From the NCBI RefSeq assembly GCF_003790525.1, contig NZ_CP033635.1: 64,000 nucleotides of DNA. One strand, 5' to 3'. The DNA comes from Escherichia coli. GTDB lineage: Bacteria; Pseudomonadota; Gammaproteobacteria; Enterobacterales; Enterobacteriaceae. This document shows positions 1 through 8,426 of this stretch, piece after piece. How positions within the stretch are numbered: the stretch's first letter is position 1; each line of letters starts with the position of its first letter. The translations under genes and the position numbers were made by a program. A model generated the notes under the pieces. That model was not told where the DNA came from. It worked only from the letters and a program-made list of their open reading frames with translations, and did not search any database.

Positions 1-165
1 TTAATTAGCGGGCAATTGTACCCTGGTTAAGCCTCGGGTGGCAGCATCAGGTCTTGTATGGAAAAGCATATCTTTGTAAAGCGGAGGTAATTGCGGGTCT
101 AAGCTATGGGCAAACCGCAGCAAGTGGCGAGCGAGTTAATGTTTGCGTAGTGAAATATATAGGAA

Positions 166-179
166 TTGATTTAAATCAC
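166..179 (+). promoter_or_regulatory. FNR-type box upstream of ompW
   Basis: TTGATTTAAATCAC matches the TTGAT-N4-ATCAA consensus in 9 of 10 positions, about 150 nt upstream of the ompW ATG. ompW is known to be anaerobically induced. Confidence 0.4.
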
Positions 180-327
180 ATTAACCAGGATTCACAGTGC
201 AACTTCTAAATTAATCCAGATCAATAAAGGGTGAATTATCATATATAATGTGATCTGTGTAGGATCATTTGTTACTCCAATGTGGGTATATTCGTCACGT
301 TTTTATAACCATAACGACGGAGCGGAT

Positions 328-966
328 ATGAAAAAGTTAACAGTGGCGGCTTTGGCAGTAACAACTCTTCTCTCTGGCAGTGCCTATGCGCATGAAGCAG
401 GCGAATTTTTTATGCGTGCAGGGTCTGCAACCGTACGTCCAACAGAAGGTGCTGGTGGTACGTTAGGAAGTCTGGGTGGATTCAGCGTGACCAATAACAC
501 GCAACTGGGCCTGACGTTTACTTATATGGCGACCGACAACATTGGTGTGGAATTACTGGCTGCGACGCCGTTCCGCCATAAAATCGGCACCCGGGCGACC
601 GGCGATATTGCAACCGTTCATCATCTGCCGCCAACACTGATGGCGCAGTGGTATTTTGGTGATGCCAGCAGCAAATTCCGTCCTTACGTTGGGGCAGGTA
701 TTAACTACACCACCTTCTTTGATAATGGATTTAACGATCATGGCAAAGAGGCGGGGCTTTCCGATCTCAGTCTGAAAGATTCCTGGGGAGCTGCCGGGCA
801 GGTGGGGGTTGATTATCTGATTAACCGTGACTGGTTGGTTAACATGTCAGTGTGGTACATGGATATCGACACCACCGCCAGCTATAAATTTAATGGAACC
901 CCCGTGAAAGACGCGGTACGACTGGATCCGTGGGTGTTTATGTTCTCTGCCGGATACCGCTTCTAA
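328..966 (+). CDS. ompW: Outer membrane protein W, chimeric: host 5' part plus prophage-supplied 3' end
   Basis: 212-aa ORF starting MKKLTVAALAVTTLLSGSAYA (signal peptide), typical OmpW beta-barrel sequence. The C-terminus after 'WYMDIDTTA' differs from the orphan native 3' end at 54735-54853. Confidence 0.95.
   Translation: MKKLTVAALAVTTLLSGSAYAHEAGEFFMRAGSATVRPTEGAGGTLGSLGGFSVTNNTQLGLTFTYMATDNIGVELLAATPFRHKIGTRATGDIATVHHLPPTLMAQWYFGDASSKFRPYVGAGINYTTFFDNGFNDHGKEAGLSDLSLKDSWGAAGQVGVDYLINRDWLVNMSVWYMDIDTTASYKFNGTPVKDAVRLDPWVFMFSAGYRF
848..880. repeat. attL core (direct repeat with 54735-54767)
   Basis: CAGTGTGGTACATGGATATCGA(C/T)ACCACCGCCA occurs at both prophage ends. The first 22 bp are identical, followed by one mismatch and 10 more identical bp. 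Confidence 0.85.
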
Positions 967-972
967 TTTTCT

Positions 973-1005
973 CTGCAAAACCTCTGCAAAACTCTTCTGC
1001 AAAAC
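973..1005 (+). promoter_or_regulatory. Three direct CTGCAAAAC repeats (candidate integrase arm-type sites, P' arm)
   Basis: CTGCAAAAC at 973-981, 984-992 and 997-1005, between the att core and int. A fourth copy lies at 54607-54615 near attR. Confidence 0.4.
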
Positions 1006-1030
1006 TGGTTATCAAATAACCAGTTTTTTC
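1003..1030 (+). terminator. Rho-independent terminator after chimeric ompW (overlaps int stop)
   Basis: 10-bp perfect stem AACTGGTTAT/ATAACCAGTT with loop CAAA, followed by a T6 run. Confidence 0.7.
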
Positions 1031-2142
1031 CACTCTTTACCGCGTGCGTCGTTGTAAATATCGGTCATTTTTTGATTCGAATGGCCCAGCAAAATTTTGG
1101 TATCAATTCCCTGTTCTCTGAACAATCGTTCTGATAAAGATCTTTGCTCATGGAAAGAGGGTGGCGTGCCATTAGCACGCCAGTTGTAATCCACAGAATC
1201 CCGGGCTTTTTTAAATGCGACTGTTAATGTTGCTGGTTTAACCATCCCGCCGCGCTTACCCATCCCCTTAGCGTGATGATGGTGCAATAACCACGGACTA
1301 AGGATGTAATCACGACAGGATGACACCACGTCACCCAGGGTAAGATTTAATTTGTCGCAACGCAGAGCCAGAGGAATGGCTATCCGGGCTCCTGTTTTTT
1401 GCTGTTCGACATGAAGGTAACCATCCCGGATATCCGAAAACTGCATTTTGCAAATATCCGAAAGACGCTGGCCCGTCATCAGTGCCAGCAGCATGCCGCG
1501 CTGTAAAAAGTAACCATCCTTTTCCGCTGCGTTATAAATCATCATCCACTCATCAAAAGTCAGTCGCTGTCTTGATATCCGCACTTGCGGTTTTTTTGCC
1601 GATTCAGCCGGGTTAAAGCCTGGCGGAACATCACCAGTTTGTTGAGCCTCCCGGAAAACATCGATCAATACCTTCCTGAAAATTTGTCCCATTCTGTTAT
1701 GTCCCTTTGCCTTGTATTCTTCCAGCACCGATACCACATCTTTTACGGTTATGGCATCTAGCGGCCTGGCTCCAAAACGTTCATCAAACACCCTGAGAGG
1801 AGCCGCTTTTTGCTTCAGCGTGCTGAGTTTGATCTCTCCGTTCTCATATCTTTCCTGTTGAATTTTTCTGTAATTATTCAGAAAAATGGAAACGGTTGAT
1901 GCGCCGCCGGTATCACTAATAATTTTCTCCTGCAGACTGAGCATTTGCTCCATTTGTTGTCTGGCAAGACGGCTGTTCGCTTCTGCTGAAATGGTTTCCG
2001 CCAGTTTCTGGTCAATACTGCCGAGTCCATGATTTTTACCTGTGATGGGATTCCTGTAACGCCAGTAAACTTTGTTATTTCTTTTGTCAAAATACGGAGA
2101 TAAACCCGGAACATCGGTTTTATATTTTCTCGGGCGCGCCAT
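1012..2142 (-). CDS. int: Tyrosine-recombinase integrase
   Basis: 376-aa ORF adjacent to attL. Catalytic-type motifs are GQRLSDI, HEQRSLSERL and LLGHSNQKMTDIYND. It overlaps xis by 23 nt. Confidence 0.95.
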   Translation of the reverse strand: MARPRKYKTDVPGLSPYFDKRNNKVYWRYRNPITGKNHGLGSIDQKLAETISAEANSRLARQQMEQMLSLQEKIISDTGGASTVSIFLNNYRKIQQERYENGEIKLSTLKQKAAPLRVFDERFGARPLDAITVKDVVSVLEEYKAKGHNRMGQIFRKVLIDVFREAQQTGDVPPGFNPAESAKKPQVRISRQRLTFDEWMMIYNAAEKDGYFLQRGMLLALMTGQRLSDICKMQFSDIRDGYLHVEQQKTGARIAIPLALRCDKLNLTLGDVVSSCRDYILSPWLLHHHHAKGMGKRGGMVKPATLTVAFKKARDSVDYNWRANGTPPSFHEQRSLSERLFREQGIDTKILLGHSNQKMTDIYNDARGKEWKKLVI

Positions 2143-2368
2143 CTTCCAGTATCCTCTTCAAAGCAGGGTGATCTGTGGCGATCACCTCCGGCTTGTTTAC
2201 CATTCCGACAAAGCGAGCGCGTGGATCCACTCGCCAGTGCCTTCCTACTTTTTTGGGGAGAGGAAATATCATTCCGGCTTTAGCGTATTTACTTAACGTA
2301 CCCGGAGTAGGGACTGGTTCACTGAATTCCTCTTTTGCCCACTCAGTGAGCAGAATAAGTCTTGCCAT
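2120..2368 (-). CDS. xis: Excisionase (lambda Xis-like)
   Basis: 82-aa ORF upstream of and overlapping int. The pattern L..EW....T......AG.IFP.PKKVGR.W.V resembles lambda Xis. Confidence 0.8.
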   Translation of the reverse strand: MARLILLTEWAKEEFSEPVPTPGTLSKYAKAGMIFPLPKKVGRHWRVDPRARFVGMVNKPEVIATDHPALKRILEDGAPEKI

Positions 2369-2432
2369 GAGCGTCGTTCGCTAATCATGGTCGCCGCCAC
2401 TATAGCCGGTGGGCGACGACCGGGGTTGAACA

Positions 2433-4886
2433 TTAAAAATCAGCCTGATTCGGGATCAGTTTTTGTATAGTGGCTGTTACGTATTTTGCCTGGTGAAGAG
2501 CGTCATCCAGAGCATTATGGCGCACGCCTTCGAATGGAATTACGCTTCTGGCATTGAAGTCTGTGATTTTCCCCATCTCAACGATTGTGCGTACATCACG
2601 ATCGTTGCTGTAATGCCACGGACAGGGGATGTCCAGACGTTCGTATGAGGTGCGCAAAATTGCGTTATCGAACGTTGCGCCATTACCCCACACCTGAACG
2701 AATTTTTCATCAGAGTGTTCATTGACGAATTCCCGAAAACGCAAAAGGGCATCTTTCATTTTTACCTGGTCAGTTAAAATGGCAGCTCTGGCTTCGCTGG
2801 ACTGCTTCAGCCACCATTCGATGGTGCCACCATCAGGAACAGCCCCTGTATTCATTGCGTCAGTCAGGCTGATAACGATATAAAATACCGGCCCGATTTC
2901 CCCTGTTTCCGGGTCGAAGAAAACCGCACCAATAACTACTATGGGTGCATTGGTGTTGGCTCCCATTGTTTCAAGGTCGACTGACAGGTGATTCCATACT
3001 CTGCTGGTGGATGTGATTTCACGATGACCGTTCATCTTAATTAAGGAATTTTCTGTTTCGCCAGTTTTATTATCGCTGGCGTGGCCCTGAGCGCCGCCAG
3101 TGTTCTCCTTGTGCGGATGCTCAGTGCCTTCCGTTTCCTCCGGATTTTTTTCCTGAGATTCAGCCTGATTTTCTCCATTGAATGTTTCCTGGTATGTTGC
3201 GTCACCCATTACTGAGCCACAATCAGGGCAGTTGCCGCCGCTGGTCTGACCGCAGGCGGTGCAGACTTTTTCCGGTTCCTGTTGCGCTACTGGCTCAGGT
3301 TGTTTCGTTTCTGGCTCGTTTTGTAACGCATTTTGGCTGTTTTGTTCCGCTTTCTGGTCGTTCTGTTCCGTTTCTTGCTGGTTCTGGTTCACTGAATCGC
3401 GAGTCTGGACTCCCTTAACCCATTTCAGATCATTCGGGTCGCTAATCCCTTCAACGAACTCACCACGCGAGGCCGCCAGTAATTTGTCTGCATCGACAGG
3501 ATTTTTGGGCGGAATGTTTTTCCTAGCTTCATGGAGTTCTGCCCGCAGTTTCTGATATTTCGCATCAACAGAATTCACCTGCGGCTGAGCATCCAGCGGC
3601 TGCGTGTCCGGATGATGTTCAGTTGTATCCGGTTCCACTGTTTCAGTCGTTGGCTGTTCATCTGCCATTGCGCCAGACGGTTGCGGTTTTTCTTCATCAT
3701 CCTGTTTTCCTTCTTCTGTTACACGCTGCGGCATTGGGGCAGAGGAACGACCGCAGGCAATATCCACGATTTCCGGATCAGGGTTGGCATGATCGGTTTC
3801 GGTCAGCACTTTATTCAGGTATTCGGTGACGCGCTGGGGCATAGCCTCTATACCAACCGGTGCTTCTTTCACGGAGGCAACCACGATGGCGCGGGAATAA
3901 TCCATCCCGCCTGGCATGTTCAGAAAAGCCTTAAGGAAGACGGAGAAACAGGGATCATTTTCTGCGATAATTTCGTTAACACGTCTGGTATGTGAAGGAT
4001 GCATGTTGTAAATATCCACATCCATCGAACGAGCCAGTTTTCCTGTAGCAACATCGAATGCCATTGACGCATTATCATGCACAAAACCTTCGCCGCGATC
4101 GGTAAGGATACCGCCGCCAGCGTTAGCGCCGGATGGTGTGCGACTGATGCGAGAAACACGATTTCCTTTCATCCACTCTTTTGTAAGCAGACCACGATCA
4201 GTGTAGTCAGCGTCCAGGTATGCTTCGATGAAGGAGGTCATCAGTCCCAGGTCTGAATTTACGGGGGCGGGAAAAACTTTGTCAGTGTCCCGCACCAGTT
4301 TGTACAAATCCCGAATCTCCAGCGGTTCGAGTTGCGCTGCTTTATTTGAGATGGCCAGCGCGGTAACGGCGGGAAGTTTTTCTTCCTGTGCGTTATGTAA
4401 TGAGCGCAGTTCATCCCGCGAAACGTGCGTTACTGGTTTTTCGCCGCCGTGTTGCGCCAGCCAGCGAACAGGCAGAATCTGACCTGAAACCGGCAGAAGC
4501 ATATTCTCCTCAATCTCAGTCATGTCTTCGCCATTAACATTGGTGTTGTCAGTGCTGGCTGGTTTGTCCTGCGCGGATGGCGGGGGCGCGATAAATATCA
4601 TTGTGATGCCATCTTCGCCGCCTTTTTCATACCGGTTACAGAATTCGGTATCAAACACGCCTTCCGGTGGAAGGTCATCAACAACGGGCAAATGGACGCG
4701 AACAGGTTTTTTAAAGTCGTCTTCATCATAATCGTTATCATCCATTGCGGTAATACAGCGGGAGATGGCAACAGATAATTTTTTTGCTGTAGTCCAGTAA
4801 AAACCACCTTTAATCCCAAGGCGTTTTCTGACTTTGTCATTTTTAGCTTCGCAATATAGCGCAAAAGTTTCTTTATCAGTGCTCAT
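2433..4886 (-). CDS. RecE N-terminal-region homolog fused to a DEDDh (DnaQ-like) 3'-5' exonuclease domain
   Basis: 817-aa ORF. The C-terminal ~190 aa carry the motifs [15 protein letters not shown] and [13 protein letters not shown]. The N-terminal ~600 aa match remembered Rac RecE non-catalytic sequence ([49 protein letters not shown]). Confidence 0.85.
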   Translation of the reverse strand: MSTDKETFALYCEAKNDKVRKRLGIKGGFYWTTAKKLSVAISRCITAMDDNDYDEDDFKKPVRVHLPVVDDLPPEGVFDTEFCNRYEKGGEDGITMIFIAPPPSAQDKPASTDNTNVNGEDMTEIEENMLLPVSGQILPVRWLAQHGGEKPVTHVSRDELRSLHNAQEEKLPAVTALAISNKAAQLEPLEIRDLYKLVRDTDKVFPAPVNSDLGLMTSFIEAYLDADYTDRGLLTKEWMKGNRVSRISRTPSGANAGGGILTDRGEGFVHDNASMAFDVATGKLARSMDVDIYNMHPSHTRRVNEIIAENDPCFSVFLKAFLNMPGGMDYSRAIVVASVKEAPVGIEAMPQRVTEYLNKVLTETDHANPDPEIVDIACGRSSAPMPQRVTEEGKQDDEEKPQPSGAMADEQPTTETVEPDTTEHHPDTQPLDAQPQVNSVDAKYQKLRAELHEARKNIPPKNPVDADKLLAASRGEFVEGISDPNDLKWVKGVQTRDSVNQNQQETEQNDQKAEQNSQNALQNEPETKQPEPVAQQEPEKVCTACGQTSGGNCPDCGSVMGDATYQETFNGENQAESQEKNPEETEGTEHPHKENTGGAQGHASDNKTGETENSLIKMNGHREITSTSRVWNHLSVDLETMGANTNAPIVVIGAVFFDPETGEIGPVFYIVISLTDAMNTGAVPDGGTIEWWLKQSSEARAAILTDQVKMKDALLRFREFVNEHSDEKFVQVWGNGATFDNAILRTSYERLDIPCPWHYSNDRDVRTIVEMGKITDFNARSVIPFEGVRHNALDDALHQAKYVTATIQKLIPNQADF

Positions 4887-5005
4887 TGATAAACCTCATT
4901 GCTGTTTTAAGGTTGTGCGAATCCCTGCCATTGCTGGCATATGAGAATCGACCCTTATGTATTTATTAAGCTGAATGTCGTATTGGGTCAGTTATTTATT
5001 ACAGC

Positions 5006-5227
5006 TCACCATGCCTCCGCCTTTACAGGTAAACCATCACGACCGAGGAAGACTTTAATCATGCGGTCAGTAATGCATGTTTTTGTAGTGAAATCACGGA
5101 TATAAAGTTTTTGCTTTTCGATATTGTTTGCCGATGCAACATATGTCCGGCCTTCGTAAATAACGTAATCGCCGGGAGTGACGCACTGGCGTGGTATTTC
5201 ATCGGTTCCGAAGTGATGAGCAATCAT
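5006..5227 (-). CDS. Hypothetical early-left-operon protein (73 aa)
   Basis: ORF in the same orientation as the flanking early genes. No recognisable motif. Confidence 0.55.
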   Translation of the reverse strand: MIAHHFGTDEIPRQCVTPGDYVIYEGRTYVASANNIEKQKLYIRDFTTKTCITDRMIKVFLGRDGLPVKAEAW

Positions 5228-5272
5228 AATAATCTCCTTAATAATTTGTGATATGAAGGAAATTCCAGAAAA

Positions 5273-5818
5273 CTATTTAATACTCAGCAACTGCTCGACG
5301 GTCATATTTTTAATTGCGCCCCGGTTTATGAGAGTCCATCCCTGCTTTTCCAGATAAAAACGGAAAGTATCCAGAGTACAGACCAGTGCGCCATCAGGAA
5401 CGGTTTCGGTGAATTTGATGTAGCCGTGTTCGTCGAAGCGGATAACCAGGGTGTGGTCATCACCCGGGATTATTTTGTCAGCGGGTGTGGTGTTATTCCG
5501 GCGCAGTTCTTCCTCCATGCGGTCGAACTCGGCAATGTAGGCTTCCTTGAATGCAGCGGCTTTTTTGCCGGTGAAGCCCATCACCAGGAAAACGAAGCCG
5601 TTTTTGGTGATTTGGTAGGCATTGTAGGTATTGCCACGGTGCTCGAATTTAACCCGCGAAAAGTTGCTGGTTAAAAAGCGTTCAGAACATTCGAGGGCTT
5701 CTATTTTTTGAACAACATGGTGATGCTGCTTGCCGAAGAATTCTGCGATCGCAATAGACGTAGTGACAGCGCGACCATTTTCAATGGTTACGTCAGGGTG
5801 AGAAAGGGTAGTAGCCAT
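5273..5818 (-). CDS. rha: Rha-family phage regulatory protein
   Basis: Starts at internal Met (MATTLSHPDV...). The sequence RAVTTSIAIAEFFGKQHHHVVQKIEAL fits the pRha domain. The 99-codon upstream extension of the ORF contains a terminator hairpin and is judged non-coding. Confidence 0.8.
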   Translation of the reverse strand: MATTLSHPDVTIENGRAVTTSIAIAEFFGKQHHHVVQKIEALECSERFLTSNFSRVKFEHRGNTYNAYQITKNGFVFLVMGFTGKKAAAFKEAYIAEFDRMEEELRRNNTTPADKIIPGDDHTLVIRFDEHGYIKFTETVPDGALVCTLDTFRFYLEKQGWTLINRGAIKNMTVEQLLSIK

Positions 5819-5985
5819 GATGGCATCCTCAAGTGTTAAGTTAATTAACTCACCACCGAGGCTTTCCACGACCATAAGGGTGGCGAGACGTACAGGGGTG
5901 GAAATACCGGTCACTCGAGAACCCGGCCAGCCTTGCAGCTGCCCTGCACGCCCCACCATTATCTGAATGTGGCTGTGCTTAACGC

Positions 5986-6011
5986 ATAAAAAAACCGCTT
6001 CGGCGCGGTTA
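5986..6011 (-). terminator. Rho-independent terminator in the early-left transcript
   Basis: On the minus strand, AACCGC-GCCGAA-GCGGTT is followed by T7 (plus strand: A7 then AACCGCTTCGGCGCGGTT). Confidence 0.5.
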
Positions 6012-6293
6012 TGCGCTCGAGTAACTTTCGGGTTTCCACGCCCGGCACCCGTTTTATGAGGTGCAGGTGCACTATAATTCCACCCGTACTGGTTTTCAAT
6101 AGCTACATTCAACATTTTCTCTTACCTTTCATCACCGAAGTGAACTTTGTTGATGCGGTGCCAGGTGCCTCCAGGTGACGTTAACCAGTTAACAATTAAC
6201 GCCGGATACAGAGAATCCACCCATAACACTGTTTTTGGTTTTAACTGTTCCGCGTGCGCTGAGCCGCATTCACCACATCACAAAATTCACTTT

Positions 6294-6349
6294 AAAAAGG
6301 GCGGCAGAGCAGTCACGGAGTAAAACTGATACCGCCACGTCACCAGAAA
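6294..6349 (-). ncRNA. dicF: DicF-like small RNA
   Basis: The reverse complement reads TTTCTGGTGACGTGGCGGTATCAGTTTTACTCCGTGACTGCTCTGCCGCCCTTTTT. This is nearly identical to remembered Qin DicF (2-nt shorter after GACGT), including its terminator stem and U tail. Confidence 0.8.
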
Positions 6350-6540
6350 ATTGATAACAGAGGGCGTTGCAGCGGGGTTGTCACTCAGGCGCATGGTCAA
6401 CCTGACAACCCGGTGTCCTCAAGGGGAAGGGAACCCCGCCATGCTTACCGCCGCGCGCTTTCGTGTTGTGTGCCTGCTTTTAACCACGTCAGGCGAGGTG
6501 GTATCCTCTGAGGGGTCTGTTACCCGAGAGGAAATTGGTT

Positions 6541-6741
6541 ATGAATACAATCAAGTTTTCTTGCCCAGAATGTGGTGGCGAAGTCTTCGACACATCCTTT
6601 AAGCCGCAGGGCTCTGACAGTTTCGCGGGAGCCATCTGCAAAAATTGTGGTCACCTTGTAACTGAAGATGAGTCCTCGCAATTCGATGAGGAAATCGTTG
6701 ACAATATCTTCGGTGTAATCACCGGAGCCTTTCTGAAGTAA
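6541..6741 (+). CDS. Small zinc-ribbon protein (66 aa)
   Basis: MNTIKFSCPECGGEVF...CKNCGHLV gives two CxxC pairs. GAGG lies upstream of the ATG. The ORF is antiparallel to the pL operon and overlaps a less convincing minus-strand ORF. Confidence 0.45.
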   Translation: MNTIKFSCPECGGEVFDTSFKPQGSDSFAGAICKNCGHLVTEDESSQFDEEIVDNIFGVITGAFLK

Positions 6742-7059
6742 AGGCACATACCGCTTAGTTACCGCTCTGATAATTCTTACCTGTCCGGCAATGGCGCTGA
6801 TGTCAATATAAAGCGCCATTGCTGCTTCTTTGCCGATCCCGGGATGCCTTCCATTCTGATGTTTGACTTCGCCCACTGAGAAATCCTCTGTTTCCCCTTA
6901 ACGCCGGGGTAGCGGAACAAAAACCTGCTGCATAGTTAAAGTTAAACCCTGCCGTCATGTTCATACGCCTCGGGCTGGCTACTTAACCCCTGACCACTGC
7001 CTGGTAACTCGAAGTATTGCCCTGCGTTCTGTGGGGCGGGGTGGGTTGGTATGAAAGAA

Positions 7060-7100
7060 AGGATACCCATGGGTATCCAAAAAGTAAATACCCATGGGTA
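7060..7100 (-). promoter_or_regulatory. OL-type operators and candidate pL
   Basis: TACCCATGGGTA occurs at 7064-7075 (inside the perfect 18-bp palindrome GGATACCCATGGGTATCC) and at 7089-7100. The minus strand reads TTTACT-17 nt-TATCCT. Confidence 0.5.
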
Positions 7101-7144
7101 ATTTTTTTTGATGTATCTTAACTGGTGACTGGTTGTTTGGTGAG

Positions 7145-7564
7145 TTATGATGCGTTTTGTGCTTTCTTTTTACGGATTTCTTCGTAGATCATATTGTAAT
7201 ACTGTTTTTTCTCTTCAAGAGTTTTTAATAAGTTATCCGCTTCACTTTCAGGCAGTTCGTCTAAGAGATCTAAAAAAATACGTTGTCGTGGCGTTAGAAC
7301 CCTTGTTTCATAATTGGAGGCTGTGTTCGTTGATGATGAAACGATACCATCCATCCATCCCCGGGGTAACCCAAAGGACTCTTCTATAATCTCCACCATA
7401 TCATCAGCGATCCGTTTTTTTCCTTTTTTCCCCTCTGGGTACAACATTCTTGATACATAAGAAGGCTCGCGACCGATCTTTCTGGCCACGTTAACCGCTT
7501 TACCATCGCATTTCTCATCACGAATTTTGATGAGTTGTTGTCGTCTAAATTCATATTTGTCCAT
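7145..7564 (-). CDS. Prophage repressor (RacR/phage-CI HTH type)
   Basis: 139 aa from MDKYEFRRQQL. The HTH region is AVNVARKIGREPSYVSRML and the IEESFGLPRGWMDG motif is like RacR. It is divergent from the cro-like gene, and the start sits almost directly behind a TATTAT -10, so the mRNA may be leaderless. Confidence 0.8.
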   Translation of the reverse strand: MDKYEFRRQQLIKIRDEKCDGKAVNVARKIGREPSYVSRMLYPEGKKGKKRIADDMVEIIEESFGLPRGWMDGIVSSSTNTASNYETRVLTPRQRIFLDLLDELPESEADNLLKTLEEKKQYYNMIYEEIRKKKAQNAS

Positions 7565-7584
7565 AGGTAAATAATAGATGCGAT

Positions 7585-7640
7585 TACCGCAAGGTAAACA
7601 ACCCAAGGGTATTGACTTTTGTTTACCTGTGGGTATTCTT
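7585..7640. promoter_or_regulatory. OR-type operators (three sites) and candidate pR
   Basis: TACCGCAAGGTA (7585-7596), AACCCAAGGGTA (7600-7611) and TACCTGTGGGTA (7624-7635). TTGACT at 7612-7617 and TATTCT at 7634-7639 face the cro-like gene. Confidence 0.55.
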
Positions 7641-7665
7641 TTGCTGTGTTTACTAAGGAGTAGCT

Positions 7666-7947
7666 ATGGAAGAATTAAGAATATTTCTCAATTCTCTTTC
7701 GTCAGATGAACAGCGTATGTTTGCATGTGAGTGTGGTACTAGCATCGGTTATCTAAGAAAGGCATTGAGTAAAGGTCAAATGTTAGGGGCATCGTTATGT
7801 GTCCTTATTGAGCGAGCCAGTAATGGTGAAGTTACACGTCAGCAACTAAGGCCTTTTGATTGGATGAATATTTGGCCCGAGCTGGAAGATACCAAAACGT
7901 TAACACAACCACTTACTAGGAGCTTGATTCATGAAAATCAAGCATGA
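7666..7947 (+). CDS. Cro/YdaS-like HTH regulator
   Basis: 93 aa, first gene of the rightward operon. The motif ...IERASNGEVTRQQLRPFDW resembles Rac YdaS. Confidence 0.8.
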   Translation: MEELRIFLNSLSSDEQRMFACECGTSIGYLRKALSKGQMLGASLCVLIERASNGEVTRQQLRPFDWMNIWPELEDTKTLTQPLTRSLIHENQA

Positions 7948-8356
7948 ACACATCCGCATGGCGATGAATGCCTGGGCGCGTCCTGATGGCGAAAAAGTTC
8001 CGGCAGCTGAAATAACCCGGGCTTATTTTGAGCTGGGTATGACGTTCCCGGAACTGTATGACGACAGCCATCCCGAAGCCCTGGCCCGTAATACCCAGAA
8101 AATTTTCCGCTGGGTGGAGAAAGACACCCCTGATGCGGTTGTAAAAATTCAGGCGTTACTACCAGCGATCGAAAAGGCAATGCCGCCTTTGCTGGTGGCC
8201 AGAATGCGTAGCCACAGCTCAGCCTATTTCAGGGAGCTGCTGGAGACACGAGAACGGCTGGTGAGAGACGCTGATGATTTTATCGCAGTGGCAATCGCCG
8301 GTTTCAATCAGATGAATCGTGGTGGCCCGGCGGGTAATGCTGTGGTGATGCACTGA
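7931..8356 (+). CDS. CII/YdaT-like protein
   Basis: 141 aa starting MKIKHEHI, as remembered for Rac YdaT. It overlaps the cro-like stop. Confidence 0.8.
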   Translation: MKIKHEHIRMAMNAWARPDGEKVPAAEITRAYFELGMTFPELYDDSHPEALARNTQKIFRWVEKDTPDAVVKIQALLPAIEKAMPPLLVARMRSHSSAYFRELLETRERLVRDADDFIAVAIAGFNQMNRGGPAGNAVVMH

Positions 8357-8426
8357 CTGGCAATAGTTATACCGGATCGCTTTCGGTAGTACGTGATTAA
8401 GGAATTCGGTATCAGAAGAGGCAATT

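Noticed and set aside
5819-6115. N-terminal 99-codon extension of the Rha ORF (280-aa version).
   Set aside because: The Rha domain starts at Met100. The extension contains an intrinsic terminator on the coding strand and looks non-protein-like.
6520-6876. 118-aa minus-strand ORF downstream of pL, considered as a possible N-like or early gene.
   Set aside because: It has no motif and needs a GTG start without a Shine-Dalgarno sequence. It overlaps a more convincing plus-strand zinc-ribbon ORF. The assignment remains uncertain.
6877-7059. Search for an N-type antiterminator gene and nut (boxA/boxB) sites downstream of the candidate pL.
   Set aside because: No suitable ORF or boxA-like CGCTCTT motif was seen. 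Absence cannot be proven by eye, so no claim is made.
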